Assembly: GCA_018378775.1 (NCBI GenBank)
Contig: JAGZWV010000003.1
Coordinates: forward strand, 26,898-90,897
From: Collinsella sp.
Lineage (GTDB): Bacteria; Actinomycetota; Coriobacteriia; Coriobacteriales; Coriobacteriaceae
Direction of reading: 5' to 3'
DNA length: 64,000 nt
The notes beneath the pieces are model-generated. The model worked only from the letters and a program-made list of their open reading frames with translations, had not been told where the DNA came from and ran no database searches. Below, piece after piece: positions 47,668-57,589 of this stretch (position 1 is its first letter; each line of letters opens with the position of its first letter). The position numbers and the translations under genes are program-made.

Positions 47668-49002
47668 ATGTCCCAATCCTCGACGCCCGCCGTCACCGAT
47701 GCCATCTACGATGCATCGTCGCTCGGCCGCCCGCGCATGTTTGTGTTGGGTTTGCAACACATGTTTGCGATGTTCGGAGCCACGGTGCTCGTGCCTGTGC
47801 TCACCGGCCTTTCCGTTTCGGCGACGCTTCTGTTCGCCGGCATCGGCACGCTGCTGTTTCATTTTCTATCGCGCGGTAAGGTGCCCGCGTTTCTGGGCTC
47901 GTCGTTTGCCTTTATCGCGGGTTATGCCGCCATTGCACCCAACGGCGAGGCCGAGCTTTTGCCTTACGCTTGCCTGGGCGTTGCCTGCGCCGGCCTGCTC
48001 TATCCGGTGCTGGCGGCGCTGTTCCGCGCATTTGGCGCCAAGCGTGTCATGCGCTTCTTTCCGCCGGTGGTGACCGGTCCCATCGTCATTTCCATCGGCC
48101 TGATCCTGGCGAGCTCTGCCATTGCCAACTGCCAGACCAACTGGCTTGTCGCCGTTATCGCTGTGGCCGTGATCGTCATCTGCAACATCTGGGGCCGCGG
48201 CATGGTCAAGATCGTGCCGATTTTGCTGGGCGTTGTGGTGAGCTATGCCGTCGCGGCGGTGCTGGGCGAGGTTGATTTTTCGGGCGTTGCCGCCGCTCCG
48301 TGGGTCGGTCTGCCCATCGTGTGGGACAACACCGTGTTTGCGCTCTTTGGCCCGCAGTTCGATAGCGGTCTTGCCACGACGGCTATCATCACCATCATGC
48401 CGCTGGCCTTTGCGACCATGATTGAGCACATTGGCGATATCTCCGCCATTGGCTCTACCTGCGAACGCAATTACATTGCCGATCCCGGTCTGCACCGTAC
48501 CCTGCTCGGCGATGGCCTGGCGACCATCTTGGCGTCGCTCTTTGGCGCTCCGGCCAATACGACGTATGGCGAGAACACCGGCGTGCTTGCCCTGACGCGC
48601 GTGTTCGACCCGCGCGTGATTCGCATTGCCGCGTGCTGTGCCATCGTGCTTTCGTTCTGCCCCAAGTTTGCTGCTGTGATCGCTGCTATGCCGGCGTGCG
48701 TTATCGGCGGTGTGTCACTCGTGCTCTACGGCATGATCAGCGCCGTTGGCGTGCGTAACCTCATCGAGAATCAGGTTGATTTCCAGAACAACCGCAACGT
48801 GCTGGTGGCGGCTCTGGTGCTCGTGCTTTCGCTCGGCATTGCCTACAGTACCGCCGGTGCCATCGTGCTGGAGCTGGGCGGCGTGACGATTTCGCTTTCG
48901 GGCCTTGCCGTGGGCTCGCTGGTGGGAATTGTGCTCAACGCTATCCTGCCCGGTAATGACTTTGAGTTCGATACTTCCGAGCTTGAGGAGACTGCTGAAT
49001 AG
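47668..49002 (+). CDS. uracil permease (NCS2/NAT family)
   Basis: 444 aa, 12-14 TM; LGLQHMFAMFGATVLVPVLTG and TYGENTGVLALTRV NAT signatures close to UraA/PyrP. Confidence 0.8.
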   Translation: MSQSSTPAVTDAIYDASSLGRPRMFVLGLQHMFAMFGATVLVPVLTGLSVSATLLFAGIGTLLFHFLSRGKVPAFLGSSFAFIAGYAAIAPNGEAELLPYACLGVACAGLLYPVLAALFRAFGAKRVMRFFPPVVTGPIVISIGLILASSAIANCQTNWLVAVIAVAVIVICNIWGRGMVKIVPILLGVVVSYAVAAVLGEVDFSGVAAAPWVGLPIVWDNTVFALFGPQFDSGLATTAIITIMPLAFATMIEHIGDISAIGSTCERNYIADPGLHRTLLGDGLATILASLFGAPANTTYGENTGVLALTRVFDPRVIRIAACCAIVLSFCPKFAAVIAAMPACVIGGVSLVLYGMISAVGVRNLIENQVDFQNNRNVLVAALVLVLSLGIAYSTAGAIVLELGGVTISLSGLAVGSLVGIVLNAILPGNDFEFDTSELEETAE

Positions 49003-49062
49003 CAGCTGCGTTCAGCCAAATTAAAAATGGCGTCCATGCGTATGTACGCGTGGACGCCATTT

Positions 49063-49776
49063 TTAATGCGTCAGTATCCAGTGGATGCCGCGCGCCATGC
49101 GCAGGTCAGTTTGGGCAAAGTGATTGCCGGGGTTGAGCTCCAGCGTTGTTGGAATGTCACGCTCGATAAACAGCTCTTCCATCGCACGCGTATCGTCGAG
49201 TACGTGCCGCATCATGCGGTTGGGCGTCTTGGTTTCCTTTTTACCGAGCGACAGATAGGCGGCGTCGGGCGTAGCTGTCATCGTGCGCTCGCGCGCGTAG
49301 TCGATAAAGCCGGGGAACCACAGCGACCCCGACGCACTCGCCGCGCGCTCAAAGACATCTGTTTGCCAAAGTGCCCACAGTGCAAAAAGACCCGCCAACG
49401 AGTAGCCGGCAACGCCGCGCCAGGCGGGCGGTTGCGGGAGCGATGATTCGGCCTGGGGGATTATCTGCTTCAACAACTCGTCAAGAAAACCAGCAGCCTG
49501 TCCGCCAAAGGGCTCAGCATCTCGTATAGTTCCGTCACATTCCCAGGGGCTCAGCTCGCGATTCCAATCGAGCCCTCCAATGGCGACAAGGGTGAAGGGT
49601 GGGCAGTCGAGCTCTCGGCAGCGCTCGTAGACTTCGCTACCGTCGCCCATGACAACGGGGAGGTAGATGACGGGCGCGCCTTCCGCACACTCTGAATAAA
49701 CGGTTATCTGCTTATGATGCGCTTCCAAGGCAGGCTTCTCTCGGTGTTGTGATATTGACAGCCTCAATTGTCGCAC
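49063..49776 (-). CDS. alpha/beta-hydrolase, esterase-family protein
   Basis: 237 aa; nucleophile elbow VAGYSLAGLFAL; resembles 'putative esterase' (PF00756-like). Confidence 0.55.
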   Translation of the reverse strand: MRQLRLSISQHREKPALEAHHKQITVYSECAEGAPVIYLPVVMGDGSEVYERCRELDCPPFTLVAIGGLDWNRELSPWECDGTIRDAEPFGGQAAGFLDELLKQIIPQAESSLPQPPAWRGVAGYSLAGLFALWALWQTDVFERAASASGSLWFPGFIDYARERTMTATPDAAYLSLGKKETKTPNRMMRHVLDDTRAMEELFIERDIPTTLELNPGNHFAQTDLRMARGIHWILTH

Positions 49777-49865
49777 GCTGGCACGGGGGCAGACGCTAAA
49801 AGAAAGGCGCGGAGCCGCTCGATGCGATTCCGCGCCTTGTTGTTTTGTTTTAGCAGACTATGCCG

Positions 49866-51176
49866 TTACGCCACGAAGAAGTAGACGAGGAAGGCAAGGG
49901 CTGCGATCCACATAAGCGGCTTGATCTTGGAGGCCTCGCCCTTAAAGAGCGCGACGATCACGTAGGCGATGAAGCCCAGGCCAATGCCGGCAGAGATGGA
50001 GTAGGTGAAGGGCACGCCGGCGACGATCATGAACGCCGGGAAACCCTGCGACACGTCGGACCAGTCGATCTCGGAGGCTTCGCTCATCATGAGGTAGCCG
50101 ACGTAGACCAGAGCACCGCAGGTGGCGGCGCTGGAAACGATGGTGACGATGGGGGAGAAGAACGCGGCGAGAATGAACAGCACGCCGGTGGTGACGGAGG
50201 TGAGGCCCGTGCGGCCACCGTCGGCGGCGCCGGAAGTGGACTCGACGAAGGTGGTGATGGAGGAGACGCCCATGAAACCGCCCACAGCAGCGGCGGCGGA
50301 GTCGACGATCAGGATCTCCTTGATATTCTCGACGTTGCCGTCGTCGGTGAGGAACTCGCCCTGCTTGGCCACGGCCATCGCGGTGCCCATGGTGTCGAAG
50401 AAGTCACTCATGAGCAGCGAGAACGAGATGACGAGGAGCGTGGGGTCGGTAAGGACCTTGACGATGGCAGGCACGCCGCCGGCGTCGGCGATGGGGCCAC
50501 CGATGCTCGAGAAATCGAGCGGGGCGATGATACCGGTCGGAGCCTGGGTCACACCTAGGGGGATACCGGCGATGACGGCGACGACGATGCCGATGAGCAG
50601 CGAGCCGGGGACGTTGCGGCAGGCGAGGGCGACTGTCACCAGGATGGAGATGATGCCGACGATGAAGGTGGGGGAGGTGATGTCGCCCAGACCGACGAGT
50701 GTACCGGCGCCAGCGGTGATAATGCCGGCATCGCACAGGCCAATCATGGCGATGAACAGGCCCAGACCCACCGAGATGGCGTGACGCAGGACAACCGGGA
50801 TGGCGTCCATGATGGCCTCGCGCAGGCCACAAAGCACGAGCAGCAAGATGACGACGCCCTCAAGGAAGATGACGCTCATGGCCACGTGCCAGTCACCGCC
50901 GCAGACGGTGGTGGTGATTCCGGCGATCATCGCGTTGACGCCTAAGCCCGACGCGCAGGCGAGCGGGCGGTTGGCGAAGATGCCCATGCAGATGGTCATG
51001 ATGCCGGCGCCCAGGCAGGTGGCGCAGGCGAGCGCTCCCGCATCGATGCCGGCGCCCGAGAGCACCGCAGGGTTGACGGCGATGATGTAGGCCATCGCCA
51101 GGAATGTTGTCAGTCCAGCGCGAAGTTCGGTCCCGATTGTGGACTTGCGCTCACTGACGTGAAAAAGTTCGTCCAT
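49866..51176 (-). CDS. NCS2-family purine (guanine/hypoxanthine, AzgA/PbuG-like) permease
   Basis: MDELFHVSERKSTIGTELRAGLTTFLAMAYIIAVNPAVL is the hallmark AzgA-like N-terminus; 436 aa. Confidence 0.8.
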   Translation of the reverse strand: MDELFHVSERKSTIGTELRAGLTTFLAMAYIIAVNPAVLSGAGIDAGALACATCLGAGIMTICMGIFANRPLACASGLGVNAMIAGITTTVCGGDWHVAMSVIFLEGVVILLLVLCGLREAIMDAIPVVLRHAISVGLGLFIAMIGLCDAGIITAGAGTLVGLGDITSPTFIVGIISILVTVALACRNVPGSLLIGIVVAVIAGIPLGVTQAPTGIIAPLDFSSIGGPIADAGGVPAIVKVLTDPTLLVISFSLLMSDFFDTMGTAMAVAKQGEFLTDDGNVENIKEILIVDSAAAAVGGFMGVSSITTFVESTSGAADGGRTGLTSVTTGVLFILAAFFSPIVTIVSSAATCGALVYVGYLMMSEASEIDWSDVSQGFPAFMIVAGVPFTYSISAGIGLGFIAYVIVALFKGEASKIKPLMWIAALAFLVYFFVA

Positions 51177-51357
51177 GCATACCCTTTCCTTGTTCGGCCC
51201 CGAGTTTAGGCCGATTGACACGAACTCAACTACTATATCGCCTTTGAAAGGTTGATGTTCCTCGCATGTTGATGTTCGGCGCTTTGTAGCAGACGGACGG
51301 TATTTTTCGCATGAAAATGTGTGGGTACCGTATACTTAAGCAGTTACAACGACCCCT

Positions 51358-51789
51358 ATGGAGGAACGTATGATTAAAGAGCTCTGCCACGACGAGGCTA
51401 TTCTGTCCCAGCGTTGCGAGGTCGCGACCGTCGAGGACGAGTCGGTGGCACAGGACCTGATCGATACCATCAAGTCGCTCGACGATGCCGGCTGCCTTGC
51501 CGCCAACCAGATCGGCGTCACCAAGAAGGTCTGCGTCTATCTGGACGACGCCGGCGAGCCCCATGTGCTGTACAACCCCCGTCTGGTGTTTGGCCTGGGT
51601 GCCAGCAAGATGGAGGAGAGCTGCCTGACGCACGAGGAGGTCACCAAGTCCACGCGCTATATCAAGTGCAAGGTTGCCTTTGACCAGATTGTCGACGGCA
51701 AGATGAAGGAGTGCCGCCGCGACTACGCGGGCTTTGAGGCACAGATGATCCAGCATATGATCGATCACTGTCTTGGAAAGTTGGTCTAA
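51358..51789 (+). CDS. peptide deformylase-like protein with catalytic Glu replaced (QHMIDH instead of QHEMDH)
   Basis: Motif I GCLAANQIGV, motif II EESCLT (Cys ligand present), motif III QHMIDHCLGKL: metal ligands conserved but the general-base Glu is Met; 143 aa (short). Confidence 0.55.
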   Translation: MEERMIKELCHDEAILSQRCEVATVEDESVAQDLIDTIKSLDDAGCLAANQIGVTKKVCVYLDDAGEPHVLYNPRLVFGLGASKMEESCLTHEEVTKSTRYIKCKVAFDQIVDGKMKECRRDYAGFEAQMIQHMIDHCLGKLV

Positions 51790-51936
51790 GGGGACCAAAG
51801 CACCGCACCTTGCCGCTCAATCGTCGCTCGCGTACCTTAAGTACGCTTCGCTCCTCTTTCGTGGCAATCTGCGGCACTTTGACCCCTTAGACGACCTGCG
51901 GGGTTAACTTGGTTGAGTTTATCCTGTTTGAATAGT

Positions 51937-51970
51937 CCGGGCATGACATTGTTGTCATGTCCGGGCTTTT
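51937..51970 (+). terminator. rho-independent terminator
   Basis: CCGGGCATGACATTGTTGTCATGTCCGGGCTTTT perfect hairpin + T-run after the def-like gene. Confidence 0.8.
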
Positions 51971-52033
51971 GTGTTTAGCGCCTTTTTGTTTGGAGACAAT
52001 GAAATTAGCAAGAACGTAAAGCTAGGAGGCGCT

Positions 52034-52999
52034 ATGTGTACGAGTATTCGATTTACCGATAATTCTGGCCACATGTATCTGGGCCGCAATCTCGACTGGA
52101 GCTTTGACTACGGCCAACAGGTTCGCGTGATGCCGCGCGGGTTTCACATTCCGTATTCGTTTATCGACGACGCGACAGCGGCGCACGCGGTGATCGGTAT
52201 GTGCATCGATTACAGGAACTACCCTATGTTCTTCGATTGCGGCAACGATGCGGGCCTCGCCGTGGCGGGTCTCAATTTCCCGGGTTATGCCGAGTATGCC
52301 GAGGGCCCTGTCGACGGCAAGACCAATATCGCGGCCTATGAGTTTCCCCTGTGGGTGGCAGCGACGTTCTCGACGGTCGATGAGGTCGAGGCCGCGCTGC
52401 GCGACACGGTGATTGTCGCCAAATCTGCCGGAGAGGGGCTGGGCGTGTCACTGCTCCATTGGATTATCGGCGACAGCCAGCGCAGCATCGTGGTCGAGAT
52501 GATGACTGACGGCCTGCATGTATACGACGATCCGGTCGACACCCTTGCCAATCAGCCGACCTTCCCGTGGCATATGGAAAACCTACGCACCTATATCACC
52601 GCCACAAGCGATTTTCCGCAGACGGCGACATGGCGTGGCGCCGAGCTCAAGCCCTATGGAGCCGGTGCCGGCATGCGCGGCATTCCGGGCGATTGCTATT
52701 CGCCGAGCCGTTTTGTAAAGGCGGCGTACCTCAATGCCAATTACCCGCAAAAGGAGAGCGAGACCGAAAACGTCGTTCGCATGTTCCGCTCGCTCGAGGG
52801 CGTGGTGATGATCGAGGGAGCGTCCAGGATGGGCGATGGCAAGTTCGAGAAGACTATCTACACCGGATGCTTTAGCGCGCGCACGGGCAATTATTACTAC
52901 GCGATGTATGGGGATCCGTCGATTCGCTACGTGAGCCTGATGGATGCCGAGGGCGCGAGCCCCGATAGACTCGTGGTTCCCGAGCCGCGTCGTTCGTAG
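52034..52999 (+). CDS. choloylglycine hydrolase / bile salt hydrolase (Ntn-hydrolase, linear amide C-N hydrolase family)
   Basis: SD aggagg then MCTSIRFTDNSGHMYLGRNLDWSFDYG: N-terminal Cys2 nucleophile and RNLDW block are BSH/penicillin-V-acylase hallmarks; 321 aa. Confidence 0.8.
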   Translation: MCTSIRFTDNSGHMYLGRNLDWSFDYGQQVRVMPRGFHIPYSFIDDATAAHAVIGMCIDYRNYPMFFDCGNDAGLAVAGLNFPGYAEYAEGPVDGKTNIAAYEFPLWVAATFSTVDEVEAALRDTVIVAKSAGEGLGVSLLHWIIGDSQRSIVVEMMTDGLHVYDDPVDTLANQPTFPWHMENLRTYITATSDFPQTATWRGAELKPYGAGAGMRGIPGDCYSPSRFVKAAYLNANYPQKESETENVVRMFRSLEGVVMIEGASRMGDGKFEKTIYTGCFSARTGNYYYAMYGDPSIRYVSLMDAEGASPDRLVVPEPRRS

Positions 53000-53024
53000 C
53001 CGATAGCTTTACCGCAATGCAAAG

Positions 53025-53058
53025 CGGCCCTGCATCTCCCGTGAGGTGCAGGGCCGCT
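53025..53058. terminator. bidirectional terminator hairpin
   Basis: GCGGCCCTGCATCTCCCGTGAGGTGCAGGGCCGC between convergent BSH and kup. Confidence 0.7.
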
Positions 53059-53078
53059 GTCGTTGATTTGTGACGTCG

Positions 53079-55328
53079 CTAGAAGTTGGCGTCGTTGAGT
53101 TGTTCGTTCTCGAGGCCGTCGAGCTGTTGCTGTTCGGGCGTATCGGCGACGCTCTCGAGCAACTCGGTGGGATCGACGTTCATGTCCTTACCGGCTTCGT
53201 TGCCGTTGACCAAGTCGTCCGAGAAGATGTCGACTTCCATTTCCTCGGCCTCTTCGATCTGAACCTCGAGCGGCACCTGGGTGCGCACGAGCTTAACGGC
53301 CGGGCGCATGCGGGCAAACAGCGGCACGTACTCGATGATGATGGCCGAGTTCTCGAGACCGTACCAGCGTGCCGGGCTTCCGCAGGCGCGGCGGACGGCG
53401 TACTTGATGGCCATCACGCGGTGGTCATTGCGGTTGATGTCCGTTTCGGGGGCAAGCATCTTGCGCAGCATGCAAAAGCGGAAGTCACCCACGTTGCCGC
53501 GTGTCTCGTAGATGGAGTAGGTGTGATGTTGCGGCGGCAGCTCGCCCGATGCCATCAAGTCGCCGACGATCTGACGCAGATAAGCGTTGACGCGCTGGTT
53601 GACTTTAAAGCCCAGGTCCAGGCGAACGCGGAAGAGGAAGTCCGTGCCAAAGGTCTCGACGGAATACTCGTGCGTATAGGGTTCGTCGGTAACGTGCACG
53701 TTAATGAACCAATATGCCTTGGCGCGCTTGGGATGCTTATCCAGGATGGAATAGAGCACGTCGCGGTCGAGCGTGAGCGGGTCGGGGCTGTTGGTGAGAA
53801 ATACCAGATTGTCGGCGAGCACGGGATAGGTCTCGTCGTTGCGCAGGCGGTTGAGCTGATCGATGTACTTGGAGACGGGCAACAGAATCGTCTGCGTGCG
53901 CTCGATGGCGGTGCCACGGCGCCACACGTACATAAGGCCAAACAGCAGTGCGGCCAGGAAGATCATCACATAGCCGCCGTCAAAGAACATGGTGAGGCAC
54001 GAGGCAAAGAAGCACAGCTCAATGGCACCGAAGAGCAGGGCGAAGACGCAGGCGCCCAGCTTGTGCTTGAGAATGCCAGCGATATAGCTCGTCAAAAGCG
54101 TCGTGGTCATGAGCATGGTCACGGTAATGGCGAGGCCGTAGGCGCTCTCCATGCGCTCGGAGTTTTGGAACAGCAGCACGATGAAGATGCAGCCGACCCA
54201 CATGATGTTGTTGACGAGCGGAATATAGAGCTGGCCCTTGGTGTCGCTGGGGTAGTGGATGCGCAGATGCGGCATAAGGTTGAGGCGCGTGGCCTCGGAT
54301 ACCAGCGAGAACGAGCCGGTGATGAGCGCCTGCGAGGCGATGATGGCCGCTACGGCCGAAAGCACGATGGCAAAGGGGCGCAGGGGCTCGGGAAGCATCA
54401 TATAAAACGGGTTGACGATATCCATCGCGAGCATCTGGGGGTTGGAGTTATTGGCGAGCAGCCAAGCTCCCTGACCCAGATAGTTGAGGATAAGGGCCGC
54501 CTTAACAAACGGCCAGGATGCATAGATGTTGGCCTTGCCAACGTGGCCCATGTCCGAGTAGAGGGCCTCGGCGCCGGTCGTCGACAGGAAGACAAAGCCG
54601 AGCACCATGATGCCCGAGTGGTTGATGGGCGAGAACAGGAACATGATGCCGCGGATGGGGTTGAGCGCGCGCAGGATGGACAGGTTGCCGAGCATGTTGA
54701 ACAGGCCGGCGCCTGCCAGGAACAGGAACCACAACGTCATGAGCGGGCCGAACAGCTTGCCGATCGACGAGGTACCGGCGCGCTGCATGGCAAATAGGCC
54801 GCAGATAATGATGATGGTGATGATGATGACGTTGGTCTGGCCGTCGCCAAGCAGCGCGTGGCCCCACTCGATGGTACGCAGGCCCTCGATGGCTGTGGTG
54901 ACCGTGACCGCGGGAGTGAGGATGCCGTCGGCGAGCAGCGCCGCGCCGCCGATCATGGCAGGTAGGATCAGCCATGGTGCCACTTTTCGCACCAGGCTAA
55001 ACAGGGCGAAGATGCCGCCTTCGTTGTGGTTGTCGGCCTTCATGGCGATTACCACGTACTTGACCGTGGTCACGAGTGTCATGGTCCAGATGACGAGCGA
55101 AAGCGCGCCCAGGATCATGTCCTCGCTGACGGTACCGATGCCGCCGTTGTTGGCGACGATTGATTTCATGGTGTACATGGGGCTCGTGCCGATGTCGCCA
55201 TAGACGACGCCGAGCGTTACAAGCAGCATGCCAGCGGAGAGGGGGATGGCTCCGTGCCCGCCTTGACCACGCTGGTCTTGGGGGCTTGCCTCCAGTTTGT
55301 TGTGTGCCACGTGGACTCCCTTAGACAT
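53079..55328 (-). CDS. kup: KUP/HAK/KT-family potassium uptake protein
   Basis: LLVTLGVVYGDIGTSPMYT and ADNHNEGGIFALFSL are diagnostic Kup motifs; 749 aa with acidic C-terminal tail. Confidence 0.9.
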   Translation of the reverse strand: MSKGVHVAHNKLEASPQDQRGQGGHGAIPLSAGMLLVTLGVVYGDIGTSPMYTMKSIVANNGGIGTVSEDMILGALSLVIWTMTLVTTVKYVVIAMKADNHNEGGIFALFSLVRKVAPWLILPAMIGGAALLADGILTPAVTVTTAIEGLRTIEWGHALLGDGQTNVIIITIIIICGLFAMQRAGTSSIGKLFGPLMTLWFLFLAGAGLFNMLGNLSILRALNPIRGIMFLFSPINHSGIMVLGFVFLSTTGAEALYSDMGHVGKANIYASWPFVKAALILNYLGQGAWLLANNSNPQMLAMDIVNPFYMMLPEPLRPFAIVLSAVAAIIASQALITGSFSLVSEATRLNLMPHLRIHYPSDTKGQLYIPLVNNIMWVGCIFIVLLFQNSERMESAYGLAITVTMLMTTTLLTSYIAGILKHKLGACVFALLFGAIELCFFASCLTMFFDGGYVMIFLAALLFGLMYVWRRGTAIERTQTILLPVSKYIDQLNRLRNDETYPVLADNLVFLTNSPDPLTLDRDVLYSILDKHPKRAKAYWFINVHVTDEPYTHEYSVETFGTDFLFRVRLDLGFKVNQRVNAYLRQIVGDLMASGELPPQHHTYSIYETRGNVGDFRFCMLRKMLAPETDINRNDHRVMAIKYAVRRACGSPARWYGLENSAIIIEYVPLFARMRPAVKLVRTQVPLEVQIEEAEEMEVDIFSDDLVNGNEAGKDMNVDPTELLESVADTPEQQQLDGLENEQLNDANF

Positions 55329-55538
55329 CCGGTTATCTGTTTAGGACAGATAATCTTTATGCCGTCTTTATACATACAAGAGCAGTTTGGCACATCAGGT
55401 TATTTTAGACAATAATCCTCAGCTGGGGATTATTTATCTACGCAGGTAGCATTTCAAAGCAGGGGCATATCCACTGAATGGCTTGCTGCAATGTGATAAC
55501 CGCGGACGCGCCCCTGCTTCAAAACTGAAGAGGGGCTT

Positions 55539-56450
55539 TTAAGCACGTGCTGTCTGGGCGATGCCAGCCTTGGCATTTGCGCGTTTGCCGGCGAGTTCGC
55601 AAAAAATTGCGCCGCCGATGATAAGTGCGGCTCCCATTAGGCGGATTGGTGTTATGGCTTCGCCTAAAAGGACGGCGGAGAATACAACGGCCGAAAGCGG
55701 CTCGAGGTAGCCGACAACCGCGACGGTCTGGACGGGCAGCTTGGCGACGGCACTAAAGTAGAGCAGGCAACCGATGCCAGTGTTGACGACGCCGAGCATG
55801 GCGACGGCGCGCCAATCAATACCGGCGGCGACGCCGGCGGACAGGAATAAGGGAGCGCCCTGCGTGATGAGCGTAAGGACCAGCGCGGTCACAAAGGCGG
55901 CGCTCACCTGGAGCGTGGAGTTCTCGAGGCCTTCGATGTGTGGCGCACCCTTGCTAGCGATGACCATCAGCGCATAGCAAAATGCCGAGGCGATGCCGCA
56001 GGCGATACCCGCAATGGGCATATTGCCGCCTAGACCTTGTGCTGCAATGAGAAAAGCACCGCAAGCAACGGCGATAAAGCCGGCGATTTTGCCACCGGTC
56101 AGCTTTTCGCCAAAAATGAGCGGGGAAAGGGCCATAACGATGATGGGGCCGCAGTAATACAGCAGCGAGGATACGCCGACGCCGATCGTCTGGTAGGCGC
56201 GGAACAGAAAAATCCAGCTGGCGCCCAGCGCGGCTCCCGAGAGGAGGAGGGCTGCGGCTTCGCGGGGGCGAGATGGCGCCTGCAACTTATGGCGTTGCGT
56301 AGTGACGAGGATGACAACGAGTGAGAGCGCACCCAAAAACGTGCGCAGGAGCACGATGTCGGAGCTCGGCAGCGCGATGGTGGCGGCGATGATGCCGTTG
56401 GAGCCAAACAATAGCAATGCTGCTAAGTACGTAAACAGTCCGTTGTTCAT
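55539..56450 (-). CDS. EamA/DMT-superfamily transporter
   Basis: 303 aa, 10 TM; divergent from a LysR gene. Confidence 0.75.
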   Translation of the reverse strand: MNNGLFTYLAALLLFGSNGIIAATIALPSSDIVLLRTFLGALSLVVILVTTQRHKLQAPSRPREAAALLLSGAALGASWIFLFRAYQTIGVGVSSLLYYCGPIIVMALSPLIFGEKLTGGKIAGFIAVACGAFLIAAQGLGGNMPIAGIACGIASAFCYALMVIASKGAPHIEGLENSTLQVSAAFVTALVLTLITQGAPLFLSAGVAAGIDWRAVAMLGVVNTGIGCLLYFSAVAKLPVQTVAVVGYLEPLSAVVFSAVLLGEAITPIRLMGAALIIGGAIFCELAGKRANAKAGIAQTARA

Positions 56451-56589
56451 GCGCTGACATCCCCTCTATATCCGAGCATGTTCACTATGGGTGAACTGGC
56501 TTTAGAAGAAAAGCGAATATAATGCATGGATAACATGACAAAGACTCATGCAAAGGTGGAGGGGTGCCGTGGAAACGAATATTCAAAAG

Positions 56590-57426
56590 ATGCAGGTGCT
56601 GCTCGAGACCGTGCGTGCCGGCAGTTTTACGCGCGCCGCCGAGCGCCTGAGCTATTCGCAGTCGGGCGTGAGCCGTATGGTGGCCGATCTCGAGGCCGAC
56701 TGGGGCTTTAAAGTGCTCGATAGAAGCCGCGAGGGCGTAGTGCTTTCTGCCGATGGGCGGCAAATTATGCCGGCGGTCGAGGCGTTATGCGAGGAATTTG
56801 TTCGTTTGCAGCGACGGGTGGATGAGATGCGTGGGCTCATGCGCGGCAAAATCTGCATCGGTACGTTTTCGAGTGTGGCGACCCACGTGCTGCCGCCGGT
56901 GATTGCGCGCTTTCGTGCCGATTACCCGGATGTCGATTACGAGCTACTGATGGGCGATTACTCGGAGATTGAGCAATGGGCGGCGGAAGGGCGCTGCGAC
57001 CTGGGCTTTATCCCGCGTGAGCCACGAGAAAACGGCATGGCATCGCGGTCTTTGGTGCGTGATGAGCTGATGGCGGTGGTGCCAGCAGATTCGTTGCTTG
57101 CCGCGGCGGAGGTCGTCTCTCTTGTCGATTTGGCAAACGAGCAGTTTATTCTGCTGGAACGAGGTACCGATGACGAGATTACGCCGCTGTTCCGTCAGGC
57201 GGGGCTGACGGCGCGCTCCAAGCTGTTGACCTGGGATGACTATGCGATTATGGCTATGGTCGAGGACGGCCTGGGCGTGAGCATTCTTCCGGCGCTCATC
57301 TTGCGTCGCTGCCAGTTCGATGTTGCCGTGCGTCCGCTCGAAGGGCATCCCCATCGGCAGATCAACGCCATATATCGAACGGCCGATGTTTCGCTTGCCG
57401 CCGCTCGATTCCTTGAATACCTCTAA
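56590..57426 (+). CDS. LysR-family transcriptional regulator
   Basis: MQVLLETVRAGSFTRAAERLSYSQSGVSRMVADLEA LysR HTH; in-frame alternative starts GTG 56569 (SD ggtggagg) / ATG 56548. Confidence 0.8.
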   Translation: MQVLLETVRAGSFTRAAERLSYSQSGVSRMVADLEADWGFKVLDRSREGVVLSADGRQIMPAVEALCEEFVRLQRRVDEMRGLMRGKICIGTFSSVATHVLPPVIARFRADYPDVDYELLMGDYSEIEQWAAEGRCDLGFIPREPRENGMASRSLVRDELMAVVPADSLLAAAEVVSLVDLANEQFILLERGTDDEITPLFRQAGLTARSKLLTWDDYAIMAMVEDGLGVSILPALILRRCQFDVAVRPLEGHPHRQINAIYRTADVSLAAARFLEYL

Positions 57427-57486
57427 ATGAGCGCACACCGTTGTCGCTTTGGGATAAATCTCGAGGTTTGGCTCATTTTATTTTTG

Positions 57487-57570
57487 AAATTGAACTTTCA
57501 AATGAGGTGCCGCGCTATACTGCTTGCTAAATTGAACTTCGGTTCAATTCGTGTTCTATAAATTGAACTT
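57487..57570. promoter_or_regulatory. three direct AAATTGAACTT repeats, middle one embedded in perfect palindrome AATTGAACTTCGGTTCAATT (putative operator)
   Basis: Copies at 57487, 57529, 57560 in an AT-rich stretch immediately upstream of the HTH-aminotransferase start. Confidence 0.5.
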
Positions 57571-57589
57571 TGCCAGCAAGGAGGTTCTA

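Noticed and set aside
51177-51357. Purine riboswitch upstream of the AzgA-like purine permease
   Set aside because: Leader lacks the conserved GUUUCUACC / UAUA...AUAUGG core; no convincing aptamer fold.
53070-54797. 575-aa plus-strand ORF
   Set aside because: Antisense to kup, which carries diagnostic Kup motifs.
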